A DNA stretch of 64,000 nt from Longimicrobiales bacterium (GTDB taxonomy: Bacteria > Gemmatimonadota > Gemmatimonadetes > Longimicrobiales > Gaopeijiaceae). Location of the stretch: positions 4,736,001-4,800,000 of the forward strand of contig OZ250165.1 of NCBI GenBank assembly GCA_965238005.1, in the 5' to 3' direction. This document shows, in pieces, positions 21,667-30,694 of this stretch; within the stretch, counting starts at the first letter, position 1, and each line of letters starts with the position of its first letter. The notes beneath the pieces are model-generated. The model was not told the origin of the DNA. It did not search any database and saw only the letters and a list, made by a program, of their open reading frames with translations. The position numbers and the translations under genes were made by a program.

Positions 21667-22743
21667 CTACAATTGCGTCGCTGTGAGACAATCCTCCACC
21701 AGCCGTACCAGATCCTCGAGGCTCCCCCCATCCTCCGTGAGGCGCTCCGCCAGCCTGGACGCCAAGCGCACCGAGGGCCGCTCCTCGGCGGATTCCCCCG
21801 CCGTTCGGTCATCGAGCTGCACCTCCAGATGCAGAGCTCTGCGTCGGTACTCGGGAAAGAGCCCTTCCAGCAGGTCCAAGCGGTCCGGGGGAAGCCCCTC
21901 AATGCGAATACGCACGATCTTCTCTTCGATTCCACCCGGGACCTCGTTCAGTACTTCCCGGACACGTTCGCGGAGCCGGTTCGGGCGATCCGCCTCATAC
22001 GGGATCGAGGCCAAGGAGACGACGGGACGACCGTGGATGGCGTGGAAGCGAACACGCCCCGACTCCAGCTCGCACGTCAGGAAGCCCTTCTCCTCAGCCG
22101 CCTCCTCCCACGGCGTAGGCCCCACCCGCTCGAGGGATCCGGCATAGTGCACAGGCCCTCCAACCCTCCGGCGGTGGTGCTCGTAGCCGAGAGCCACGTA
22201 GTCCCACTTCGAGGGGTCCAATGCGAGCATGGCATTGTCCCCTCCGTCCGTCGATCCGTAGCCCACTAGCACGTTCCAGCGGGCATCGGGGTTGGGAGCC
22301 ACCGGTGGAGGCGGTCCCTGCAGCGTGGCCCGATGGGGAACGAGCGTCACGTTCAACCCCAGCTGAGAGTAATACACCGAGCGCGTCGTTCCGGTCACGG
22401 CCTCCACGGCGGCCATGGTGTCGAACGTCGCCAACGGACCCGGATCGGCCACGGGAGCCGGTGTATCGCGCGCCCCCGCCGCCAACAGCACCGGCGTGTC
22501 CGGGAGAGCTTCCCGGAGGGCCTGGAGCCCCTGTGCGAGGGCTACCAGGGCGGAGTGAGGTGGCTCCGGCCGATCGAACACGTCACCCGCCACTACCACG
22601 GCCGCCGGGCCCAGTCCGATCACCTTCTCGATGGCCTGGTGGAAAGCGCGGGTAACGTCCGCCTCTCGGACGTTACGGCCCTGCTCCACATGGGCGTACG
22701 CCCGGTACCCCAGGTGGAGGTCAGAGAAGTGGGCGATGATCAC
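21667..22743 (-). CDS. SbcD/Mre11-like metallophosphoesterase, motifs III-V degenerate
   Basis: HFSDLHLG, AGDVFD, YAGSLER and EEKG present; GARD and LGYEH replace GNHD and LGHxH. Confidence 0.8.
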   Translation of the reverse strand: MIIAHFSDLHLGYRAYAHVEQGRNVREADVTRAFHQAIEKVIGLGPAAVVVAGDVFDRPEPPHSALVALAQGLQALREALPDTPVLLAAGARDTPAPVADPGPLATFDTMAAVEAVTGTTRSVYYSQLGLNVTLVPHRATLQGPPPPVAPNPDARWNVLVGYGSTDGGDNAMLALDPSKWDYVALGYEHHRRRVGGPVHYAGSLERVGPTPWEEAAEEKGFLTCELESGRVRFHAIHGRPVVSLASIPYEADRPNRLRERVREVLNEVPGGIEEKIVRIRIEGLPPDRLDLLEGLFPEYRRRALHLEVQLDDRTAGESAEERPSVRLASRLAERLTEDGGSLEDLVRLVEDCLTATQL

Positions 22744-23387
22744 GAGGGCTTCATCTCGGACTCGGGCTTCGCAAGAGGCTCCAGGTCCACGTTGGATGCC
22801 GACGGCACGTCAGTGTCCGACTCAACCGCCCCTTCCAGAATCCACCCCTGCAAGAGGGCGGTGCCGGACAGGACGATGAGGAGGAAAAGCAAGAGAGACG
22901 GGGCACCCAGGCGCGACAGTCCGCTCAAGCCGGTCGCCAGAACCCCGAGCGCGGCACCCAGAGCGGCGACTGCCCCGGCCCTCGGCGGCCCATCGGTAAT
23001 CCACACCGTAGAGATAGCCGCCAGTAGGCGGCCACAAGCGTAGAGTGGCAACCCTGCCAGCAACGCCAGGCCGAGAGCCTGGGTCGTAGCCCCCGCGCCG
23101 AATCCCTCCCCGAACGTCCAAGCGACTGTAAAGACCGACGCGGCCAGGAAGGCGATGAGCACCGACAGCCATCGCCTCCGGAGAGATTCTACTACCCCCG
23201 GCCACTCCGCCACAGGGGGACCCGCCAGCCCGACGCCCAAGGCCACCAGCTCGACCGCGACGATCAGCGTCAGCGACCGGAGCATGCCCTCGCCCGAGTA
23301 CAGCAGCAGTGCCACGGCGACGGCTGCGGCCGTGGCCGCGGCCGCCCCCACAACGAAAGAGGGCACCCACGCCAGACGGGCCCTCAA
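22740..23387 (-). CDS. Multi-pass membrane protein
   Basis: About 6 TM segments; stop overlaps the SbcD-like start (GTGA). Confidence 0.7.
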   Translation of the reverse strand: MRARLAWVPSFVVGAAAATAAAVAVALLLYSGEGMLRSLTLIVAVELVALGVGLAGPPVAEWPGVVESLRRRWLSVLIAFLAASVFTVAWTFGEGFGAGATTQALGLALLAGLPLYACGRLLAAISTVWITDGPPRAGAVAALGAALGVLATGLSGLSRLGAPSLLLFLLIVLSGTALLQGWILEGAVESDTDVPSASNVDLEPLAKPESEMKPS

Positions 23388-23448
23388 CGATTCGCCGTTT
23401 CCCGCAGATCGACCTCACCCGGGGCCGTCCGGTGGTCAGGCGGCACCT

Positions 23449-23477
23449 TTGATTTCCCCCAGGGGCCGGGATAGCTT
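23449..23477 (+). promoter_or_regulatory. Candidate promoter TTGATT-17-TAGCTT, probably leaderless
   Basis: -10 box ends 6 nt before ATG 23484; no SD sequence. Confidence 0.5.
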
Positions 23478-23483
23478 TTCCGC

Positions 23484-24494
23484 ATGGTCAAAGGCCTTCA
23501 GAGGGTCCCGTTGCTCGGGATTGTAATGGTCGGGTTGGGTTGCGACAACGTGGAGTGGGGAGGGGTCGACATGAGGCTGAGATCTCCCTCGGAGCCTACG
23601 ATCATGGAGGCTCCTGCTCCGCCCGCCGACGCGACTGCAACTCCCGTGACTCCCAGACCCTCGGAGCCCGTCCTGTACCTGGGCCGGCGGGTGGGATCCG
23701 AGGCCTGGCTGGTGCCTGTAGCGGAAATGCACGCCGATGGGCTACACGCGCTCCCAGGAGATGGCGGGGGCCAGGAGAGTCGGGCATTTGCCGAACAACA
23801 CTTCGCGGCGGGCTCGACGTTCACCCTCTTCACGGAAGGGGTGCGGGTGGGGACTCTCACGGCAGCCGGGTATGGCGCGGATGCGAGGTATTGTGGAGCG
23901 AGACCCCGGGTCCGTGGTCCCATCGAGCTCGTCCCGGACGCGGCCGCCAGCAGCGCCTTCCTCGCTCTTCCGAGCGATATAGGGGCATCGTTCGCGTACG
24001 AGGATCATGAGACAATCGTGCAGACTCGTGACCTGAGAGTCACGTCGCTCAACATGATGAGGGCACTCTTTCCCACGCTGAGAGCCACTTGGCCCGAATC
24101 CGTCCTCGCTATCCGGCGTGACATACAGATGTTCCGGAACGGCTCCGAAGGGGCCCCCACGGTCGTCGCGACCTTCGTGTACGGCGACTCCCTACAGGTG
24201 GGACCCGCGCCCCCCGACGCCTACTCGGTCTTTCTCATCGCCTCCGACCCCGACGGCAGTGGATACCAGACCACGTACGTCGATTACCGGGTATGGAGCC
24301 AGCACGGCAAGGGTGCTGCGCGCTACTTCGGCCGCATGGACGTGGATGGCGACGGCACACCCGAGCTCATCCTGGAGGTGCTGGGTGAGAGCTCCGTCTG
24401 GATCGCCACCCTGAAGCGAGAGGACGTCGGCTGGAGCGAATCGTACCGGGACTCTTGCGGCCTGCCGGCGCCCGTGGCCACAAGGGCCCCGTGA
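23484..24494 (+). CDS. Putative lipoprotein
   Basis: Signal peptide with LGC lipobox; DVDGDGTPEL motif. Confidence 0.75.
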   Translation: MVKGLQRVPLLGIVMVGLGCDNVEWGGVDMRLRSPSEPTIMEAPAPPADATATPVTPRPSEPVLYLGRRVGSEAWLVPVAEMHADGLHALPGDGGGQESRAFAEQHFAAGSTFTLFTEGVRVGTLTAAGYGADARYCGARPRVRGPIELVPDAAASSAFLALPSDIGASFAYEDHETIVQTRDLRVTSLNMMRALFPTLRATWPESVLAIRRDIQMFRNGSEGAPTVVATFVYGDSLQVGPAPPDAYSVFLIASDPDGSGYQTTYVDYRVWSQHGKGAARYFGRMDVDGDGTPELILEVLGESSVWIATLKREDVGWSESYRDSCGLPAPVATRAP

Positions 24495-24512
24495 CGCGAG
24501 CGTCCGGCAGCA

Positions 24513-24627
24513 GTGGCCCGTAGCCAATGATCGATTGGTGTTGATCTCGCTTCGCTCGATCGTCTCGCGGTCGACTCGGCCCTCACGACGAGCACGAAGG
24601 TCGCTCGACTCGAGCAGCGCTGCATCC
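24513..24627 (-). repeat. Degenerate, truncated MITE relative
   Basis: About 85 bp matching the internal module of type A, plus a B-like terminal repeat remnant. Confidence 0.7.
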
Positions 24628-24630
24628 ACC

Positions 24631-25527
24631 GTGACTTCGTTGCGCCGGCTCGGCACGTGTGTGCTGGTCGCCTCGCAGCTGAGTTGCACAGCCGATCAAG
24701 GCACCACTGGAGGCGATTCACCCGAGGGCCCCCCCCCAGGCTCCGCTGCGAGCGACTATCCCATCCTGGTCATCGATGACTCGGGGGCGCAGCATCGTTT
24801 CGACGCCCCTCCGGAAAGGATCGTCTCGCTCGTGCCGTCGGCAACCGAGACGCTCCTGGCTCTGGGGGTCCGGGCGAGCCTGGTGGGTCGAACGGACTAC
24901 GACCATTTGCCGGAGCTCGCCGAGCTGCCGTCGGTGGGGGGTGGACTCCAGCCCAACCTCGAGGTCCTGGTCTCACTCGATCCCGACCTGGTCGTCCGGT
25001 TCGCGGGCGAGTCTGACCAGGCCACGGCAGAGCGCCTGAGCGACCTCGGTATCCCACACTTCGCCATCCAGCCTGACGGCATCGCCGACGTTCAGTCGAT
25101 CATCGGACGTCTTGGAGCGATCACCGGCGCCGCTTCAGCCGCCGATTCGATCTTGGCGGGGATCCAGGAGGCCCTGGACGACGTGGCGGCGCGCGTCGAC
25201 GGCCTGCCCCGTCGCAAGGTAGTTTACCTCATGGGTGGCGAGCCCCCGTGGGTGACCGGGCCCGGGACGTACATACACGAGCTCATAGTGGCCGGCGGGG
25301 CGGAGAACGTCTTCGACGACCTTGAAGGGTTATATGTCCCCATAAGTCTGGAGGAGCTGATCACCCGTGAGGTAGACTTGATCCTCGTCTCCGAGGGGAG
25401 CGTGCCGCCGCAGGTCTCCGATGTCGAGCACGTGCCGCTGCCCAGCTCGGTGGAGGTGCCGGGGCCCGGACTGGGGGAGGCCGCCAGGACCATCGCTCGT
25501 CTGATCCACCCGGAGGCTTTCCGGTGA
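24631..25527 (+). CDS. Cobalamin/iron-chelate ABC substrate-binding lipoprotein (BtuF-like)
   Basis: PERIVSLVPSATE and PNLEVLVSLDPDLV; LSC lipobox; start inferred. Confidence 0.82.
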   Translation: MTSLRRLGTCVLVASQLSCTADQGTTGGDSPEGPPPGSAASDYPILVIDDSGAQHRFDAPPERIVSLVPSATETLLALGVRASLVGRTDYDHLPELAELPSVGGGLQPNLEVLVSLDPDLVVRFAGESDQATAERLSDLGIPHFAIQPDGIADVQSIIGRLGAITGAASAADSILAGIQEALDDVAARVDGLPRRKVVYLMGGEPPWVTGPGTYIHELIVAGGAENVFDDLEGLYVPISLEELITREVDLILVSEGSVPPQVSDVEHVPLPSSVEVPGPGLGEAARTIARLIHPEAFR

Positions 25528-26522
25528 GGCCGCTCGCTTGGGCTGGAGTGCTCCTCCTGGGTGTAATGGGCGCGTTCGCTGTGAGCATCTGGCTCGGCTC
25601 GGTCGCGCTCACACCGTCCGAGGTCGTCACCGCGTTGACGGGTGGAGGAGACCCCAATGTCCAACGAATCGTGGTGGAGCTACGGGCGCCGCGGGCGGCG
25701 CTGGCCATCCTGGTGGGCGGAGGACTGGCCCTGGCCGGAGCGGTTTTTCAAGCACTGCTCCGGAACCCCCTGGCGGAGCCGTACATTCTGGGGATCTCCG
25801 GCGGAGCCGCCACCGGAGCCGTCTTGGCCCTGTCTCTCGGCCTGGTAGCGAGTGGCTCCTGGGCTCTCCCGGCCGCGTCTTTCACGGGAGCCCTCCTGGC
25901 CATCGTTCTCGTGATGAGGGTCGCGGCTGCCGCCGATGACAGAGTCGACGTGCGAGTGCTCCTTCTGGCCGGGGTCGTGGTGGGCGCGTTCTTCAGTGCC
26001 TGTATCTCGTTCGTCTTGTCCGTCTCCGACGCCCGTACGGTGCGGAGCGCCGTCCTGTGGATGATGGGCAGCCTCGCCGGCGCAGATTGGCCCACCGTGG
26101 CAACGGTGACGCTGTATACCGTGCCGGCCGCTGTTCTGCTGGCGGGTCTCGCACGCCCGCTCAACCTCATGGCAATCGGCGAGGATACGGCAGGCTACCT
26201 CGGGACGAACGTGGAGCGCGTCAAGAAGACGGCCTACGTAGTGGCTTCGCTGCTGACCGCGGCGGGGGTGGCAGCCACAGGGGTCATCGGGTTCGTGGGG
26301 CTCATCGTGCCCCACGGCGTACGGCTGGTCGTCGGGTCCGACTACCGCATGCTGCTTCCGCTCTCGTTCCTTGCCGGAGCCGTGTTTCTTATCCTGGCCG
26401 ACGTGGTGGCCCGGACGATCCTGTCACCCACCGAGGTACCCATCGGCGTCATCACCGCGTTCGTGGGAGTGCCTCTATTCCTCATTCTGCTCCGCCGCAG
26501 CTTGGGAAGCGGAGGCCGCTAG
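25524..26522 (+). CDS. FecCD/BtuC-type ABC permease
   Basis: RNPLAEPYILGISGGA, GVIGFVGLIVPH and EVPIGVITA motifs. Confidence 0.92.
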   Translation: MRPLAWAGVLLLGVMGAFAVSIWLGSVALTPSEVVTALTGGGDPNVQRIVVELRAPRAALAILVGGGLALAGAVFQALLRNPLAEPYILGISGGAATGAVLALSLGLVASGSWALPAASFTGALLAIVLVMRVAAAADDRVDVRVLLLAGVVVGAFFSACISFVLSVSDARTVRSAVLWMMGSLAGADWPTVATVTLYTVPAAVLLAGLARPLNLMAIGEDTAGYLGTNVERVKKTAYVVASLLTAAGVAATGVIGFVGLIVPHGVRLVVGSDYRMLLPLSFLAGAVFLILADVVARTILSPTEVPIGVITAFVGVPLFLILLRRSLGSGGR

Positions 26523-27329
26523 GTGACCGACGAATCCAACGCTCTGGAAGCAGTCGAGCTCACGGTCCGTTATCCTGGGATGGACCATCCCGCCCTGGAC
26601 GACGTGTCCATGGTCGTCCCACGGGGATCCTTCTACGCAGTCCTTGGTCCCAACGGATCGGGAAAGTCGACGCTGCTCAGAGCCCTACTCGGAATGGTCC
26701 CCTACGTGACCGGAGAGACCCGGGTCTCAGGACGGAGCGTCTCGGAGTGGAACCGGCGGGCGCTGGCCAGAGAGGTGGGGGTCGTGCCTCAAGCGGAGTC
26801 GGTGGCATTCCCACTCACCGTCCGGGATCTCGTAGGCATGGGTCGCTACCCATACCTTGGACCGCTCCAGCCTGAGACTCCGGCCGATCGGGAGGCCATC
26901 CAGCGGGCCATGGAACGCTGCGACGTATGGGAGCTCGGACATCGGTTCATCTCGACCCTGTCGGGGGGCGAGCTTCAGCGGGCACGAGTCGCCAGGGCCC
27001 TCGCCCAGGAGCCCGAGGCGCTGGTCCTGGATGAGCCCACCACCAGTCTCGACATACGCCACGAGATGGAGATCCTGGAGCTCCTCAGATCCTCCGCAAA
27101 CGGGGGGATGACGATCTTCCTCATCACCCACCACCTCGACCTGGCCGCCCGCTTCGCAGACCGTGTATTGCTTCTGGACCGTGGCCGCGTCGCCGCTGAG
27201 GGAGAGCCTCGCGAGGTCCTTCGGGAGAGCACACTCCAGCAGGTGTACCAGTGGCCCGTGACCGTGGATGACGATCTGGCCACCGGGGTCTTGCGAGTAA
27301 CACCCCTGTCCGGGCGCTACAGGTCGTAG
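26523..27329 (+). CDS. BtuD/FecE-type ABC ATPase
   Basis: GPNGSGKST, LSGGE and LDEPT motifs. Confidence 0.92.
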   Translation: MTDESNALEAVELTVRYPGMDHPALDDVSMVVPRGSFYAVLGPNGSGKSTLLRALLGMVPYVTGETRVSGRSVSEWNRRALAREVGVVPQAESVAFPLTVRDLVGMGRYPYLGPLQPETPADREAIQRAMERCDVWELGHRFISTLSGGELQRARVARALAQEPEALVLDEPTTSLDIRHEMEILELLRSSANGGMTIFLITHHLDLAARFADRVLLLDRGRVAAEGEPREVLRESTLQQVYQWPVTVDDDLATGVLRVTPLSGRYRS

Positions 27330-27606
27330 TGTGGTGTCCCAGAAGTGTCTCGGCCATTGATCTCGCTGCGCTCGATCGTCTCGCGGTCGACTCGGCGCTC
27401 ACGACGAGCATGAAGGTCGCTCGGCTCGAGCACCGACGCATCCGGCCCTGCGGCGTTCCTCCTCCTCGGACCACGGCCTTCGGCCGCGGTGCCCGCGTTG
27501 CTATTCCTCGTCGTCGCGCCTGACCCACGCATCCGGCGCGGGTACCCCGGATCCGGCGCCTCGGCACTCTCGGTGGCTCGCGAACTTCTTCTGGGACACC
27601 ACACTA
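27327..27606 (-). mobile_element. MITE-like element type A, copy 2 (inverted)
   Basis: Same TIRs and interior as 5708-5985; TA flanks. Confidence 0.9.
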
Positions 27607-27638
27607 GGAGCCCCTCGCCATGACTCGGACCGGGCTTT

Positions 27639-28538
27639 TTAGGACTCGGCTTCCTCGAACAGGGTCCTATAGCTTTCGAAGCGACCGGTGTCGATTTCTC
27701 CTGCAGCGACCGCTTCGCGCACGGAACAGTCCGGCTCGTGCAAGTGGCTACAGCCTCGGAAACGGCAGCCGGATGCAAGAGAGCGGAGCTCCGGAAAGCA
27801 CTCATCCAGGTCCGCCTGTCGTACCCCCCAAACCCCTATGTCGCTGAAGCCGGGAGTATCCGCGACCAGCCCACCACACCGGAGCTGGATCAGCCGTGAA
27901 GTCACGGTGGTGTGACGACCCGTGCCCCGCTTGCGGCTGAGCTCCCCGGTCCTGAGTTCCTGCTCCGGCTCGAGGGCGTTGACCAGACTCGACTTCCCAA
28001 CCCCGGACGGGCCCGCAAGAGCCGCGATACCTTGGCAGACCTGCCTGGCGAAGCTGTCCATGCCCTGACCGGTGAGGGCGCTCACCTTCAGCACGTCGTA
28101 ACCCAAGGGCTGGTAGACCCGTTCCAACTCCTCTGCCACCTCGCCGGCGCCCTCGAGGTCGGCCTTGTTCAGGACTACGACGGGTGTGACCCCACCGTAC
28201 TCGCCCACCACCAGCAGCCGATCGATCAGGTCACGACGGGGCTTCGGCCTGCTGGCGGCGAAGACTGCGAGGAGTCGATCGGCGTTGGACACCAGGACCT
28301 TGGTGGAGCGCCCGCCGAAGCGGGTGCGAGTAATGGTCGTCTCGCGCTCGAACACCTCCTCGATGACGTGGGTCTCGCCACCCACTTCCGTCACGCGGAC
28401 TCGATCCCCGATGACCACCTGATCGCCCGTGCGCTCCTCGAGCTTGAGACGACCCCTCAGTGATGCCTCGACAACGGTCCCCGACTCGAGCGCCACGGTG
28501 TACACTCCACCGCGGACAAGGTGAACCATGCCTTTCAT
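27639..28538 (-). CDS. rsgA: Ribosome small subunit-dependent GTPase
   Basis: NKAD, GPSGVGKSS, GRHTT, DTPG and CRFRGCSHLHEPDC motifs. Confidence 0.95.
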   Translation of the reverse strand: MKGMVHLVRGGVYTVALESGTVVEASLRGRLKLEERTGDQVVIGDRVRVTEVGGETHVIEEVFERETTITRTRFGGRSTKVLVSNADRLLAVFAASRPKPRRDLIDRLLVVGEYGGVTPVVVLNKADLEGAGEVAEELERVYQPLGYDVLKVSALTGQGMDSFARQVCQGIAALAGPSGVGKSSLVNALEPEQELRTGELSRKRGTGRHTTVTSRLIQLRCGGLVADTPGFSDIGVWGVRQADLDECFPELRSLASGCRFRGCSHLHEPDCSVREAVAAGEIDTGRFESYRTLFEEAES

Positions 28539-28564
28539 GTGCTCAGTGGGATAGGCAGCACACG

Positions 28565-28618
28565 AAAAAAAACCCCGCCCCCCACCGAGACCGTCCGATC
28601 CCGGGGAAGGCGGGGCTT
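28565..28618 (-). terminator. Intrinsic terminator after sigma-70 gene
   Basis: CCCCGCC...GGCGGGG stem followed by a T-run on the minus strand. Confidence 0.7.
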
Positions 28619-28631
28619 CCCTGCCGGTGGG

Positions 28632-29531
28632 TCACGCCGCGAACGACTCCAGCGCGTCTCCCTTACCACCCTCGCGAAGCCTCCGCAGGGCCCGGTCACG
28701 CAGCTGGCGAATCCGCTCGCGCGTCACTCCCAGCAGGTTGCCGATCTCCTCGAGCGTGTGCTCGCGCTCGCCCTCCAGACCGAAGTAGAGTCGAAGCACC
28801 TTGGCGTCCCGCGCCTCGAGCGTGCTCAATGCGTCGCCGACGGTCTGGGTCAAAAGCCGGCTCTCGACCTCCTGCTCTGGCTCGGCCGCCTCTTCAGTGA
28901 TGAACCGCTCGACAAGCTGAGAATCCTCGCTGTCGCCGATGGGGGCATCGAGCCGAATCTCTGCCGCGTTGAGAGTCTGGAGAGACTCGATCAGCTCCGG
29001 CGTGAGGTCCGTCGCCGAACTCAACTCCTCGGACGTGGGCTCACGATTCAGCTCCTGCTTGAGGCGCTCCTTCTCACGAAAGATACGCGCCAGGTCGGAC
29101 GCCCGGTTGAGAGGCACACGCACCGCACGCCCGTGATTGGCCAGAGAGGCCAGGATCGCCTGACGAATCCACCAAACCGCGTAGCTGATGAACTTAACGC
29201 CCTGCTCGGGATCGAACTTCCGGGCGGCCGTGACCAATCCGACATTTCCCTCTTGGATCAGGTCCGTGAGGGCCACACCCCGGTTCTGGTACTTCTTGGC
29301 CACGCTGATGACGAATCGAAGATTCGCCCGGGCGAGCTCCTGAATCGCGTTCTGGTCACCATTCTGAGCGAGGGCACCGAGCTCCTTCTCCTTGTCGGGA
29401 GTGATGAGCTCATGGCGACTGACATCCCTCAGATACTGATCGAGGGCGGTCTTTTCTTCGATGCTCGCGTCGAAGCCGGCCAGGGGGTTGCGCCGCCCCT
29501 TCCGCTCTCTGCGCGTAGTAACCGTAGCCAT
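28632..29531 (-). CDS. RpoD/SigA-family sigma-70 factor (short, no region 1.1)
   Basis: ANLRFVISVAKKY, DLIQEGN, KFISYAVWWIRQ and TRERIRQ motifs. Confidence 0.93.
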   Translation of the reverse strand: MATVTTRRERKGRRNPLAGFDASIEEKTALDQYLRDVSRHELITPDKEKELGALAQNGDQNAIQELARANLRFVISVAKKYQNRGVALTDLIQEGNVGLVTAARKFDPEQGVKFISYAVWWIRQAILASLANHGRAVRVPLNRASDLARIFREKERLKQELNREPTSEELSSATDLTPELIESLQTLNAAEIRLDAPIGDSEDSQLVERFITEEAAEPEQEVESRLLTQTVGDALSTLEARDAKVLRLYFGLEGEREHTLEEIGNLLGVTRERIRQLRDRALRRLREGGKGDALESFAA

Positions 29532-29616
29532 CGAAAATCTATTCTCCTAACCACTCAGGTTTTCTATTGTGAGCCGACCTTCCTCGAACGTCGAATCCGT
29601 ACGATAGGCAGCCATT

Positions 29617-29645
29617 AAGATAGTAACATGTCTCGTTCTTGTCTA
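29617..29645 (-). promoter_or_regulatory. Candidate promoter TAGACA-17-TATCTT
   Basis: Consensus-like boxes in an AT-richer intergenic region. Confidence 0.5.
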
Positions 29646-29923
29646 GATGCTTCGAGAGCTACTTAGACACCGAGCCACGAAAAGGGTTCCCACTCTTGGG
29701 AACGCGTCCGGCCACCCGCAACATGATCTCGATCGCCTCGGCGTCTGCCCTCAAACGGCGGTAGATCGGGCAGGTCGGTAACCACCACATGCTAACCCTG
29801 TTGCCCCCTCCGGTTCCCTCCGTCGCGCCTCGCTCGCGCTCGCGAACACTGTCCCTATCGGCGTTGCGCATCCTCCTGCTGCGGTTAAGCTTCCTGCTCA
29901 AGCATCTCTCACCTGGAGCACCC

Positions 29924-30670
29924 TTGGCACTCACCTGGCGGGTGGCGGGCATGTCGGACCCCGGACTCAAGCGAGACCGAAACGAGGACACCCTGCTCCT
30001 GGACGAGACCAACGGAATCGTGATCGTGGCCGACGGCATCGGCGGCCGTCCCGCCGGTCATCTCGCGTCCGCGGAAGCCGCACGAACCGTGCAGGAAGGC
30101 CTGACGTCCGGAGGATCGAGCTCGGGCTGGGGCGAGAGAATGGTTGAGGCAGTACAGCGGGCCAACCGCAACATCTGGGAAGCCGCCAGAGAGGAGCCCG
30201 AGCACACGGGCATGGGCACTACTGTGACGGCCCTCGCCATGCAGGGGAACTCAGGGCTCTGGGTCGTCGGCCACGTGGGTGACAGCCGCGCCTACCTCCT
30301 CCGGGATGGAGGCCTGAAGCGGATCACCCGCGACCACACGGTCGTCCAGGAGCTCGTGGAGTCGGGAGCGCTCGCGCTGTCGGCTGCCGAGGGACATCCT
30401 CTCAGCCACCTCATCAACCGGGCCGTGGGTACCTCCGATGAAGTCGAGCCCGATGTCTTCGACGGATCCGCCCAAGCCGGTGACATCTTCCTGCTCTGCA
30501 CCGACGGCCTGGCCGGGCTGATGACGGACAGCGAGCTCGAGGACGCGCTAGAAGGCCTCACGTCGGACGGTCTCGAGGACACTACCGCCAGCCTGATCAC
30601 CGAGGCCCACGCCCGAGGCGCCCCGGACAACGTTACGCTTGGCTTCTTGGTACTCGAAGAAGCGAGCTGA
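29924..30670 (+). CDS. PP2C-family Ser/Thr phosphatase
   Basis: NED, VADGIGG, GMGTT, HVGDSR, CTDGL and DNVT motifs; TTG start after GGAG. Confidence 0.9.
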   Translation: MALTWRVAGMSDPGLKRDRNEDTLLLDETNGIVIVADGIGGRPAGHLASAEAARTVQEGLTSGGSSSGWGERMVEAVQRANRNIWEAAREEPEHTGMGTTVTALAMQGNSGLWVVGHVGDSRAYLLRDGGLKRITRDHTVVQELVESGALALSAAEGHPLSHLINRAVGTSDEVEPDVFDGSAQAGDIFLLCTDGLAGLMTDSELEDALEGLTSDGLEDTTASLITEAHARGAPDNVTLGFLVLEEAS

Positions 30671-30694
30671 GTAGAGCCAGAGTCCACACGAGCG

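Noticed and set aside
24495..24630. Cobalamin riboswitch before the BtuF-like gene
   Set aside because: No recognisable B12-box or core motifs; sequence matches the MITE interior instead.
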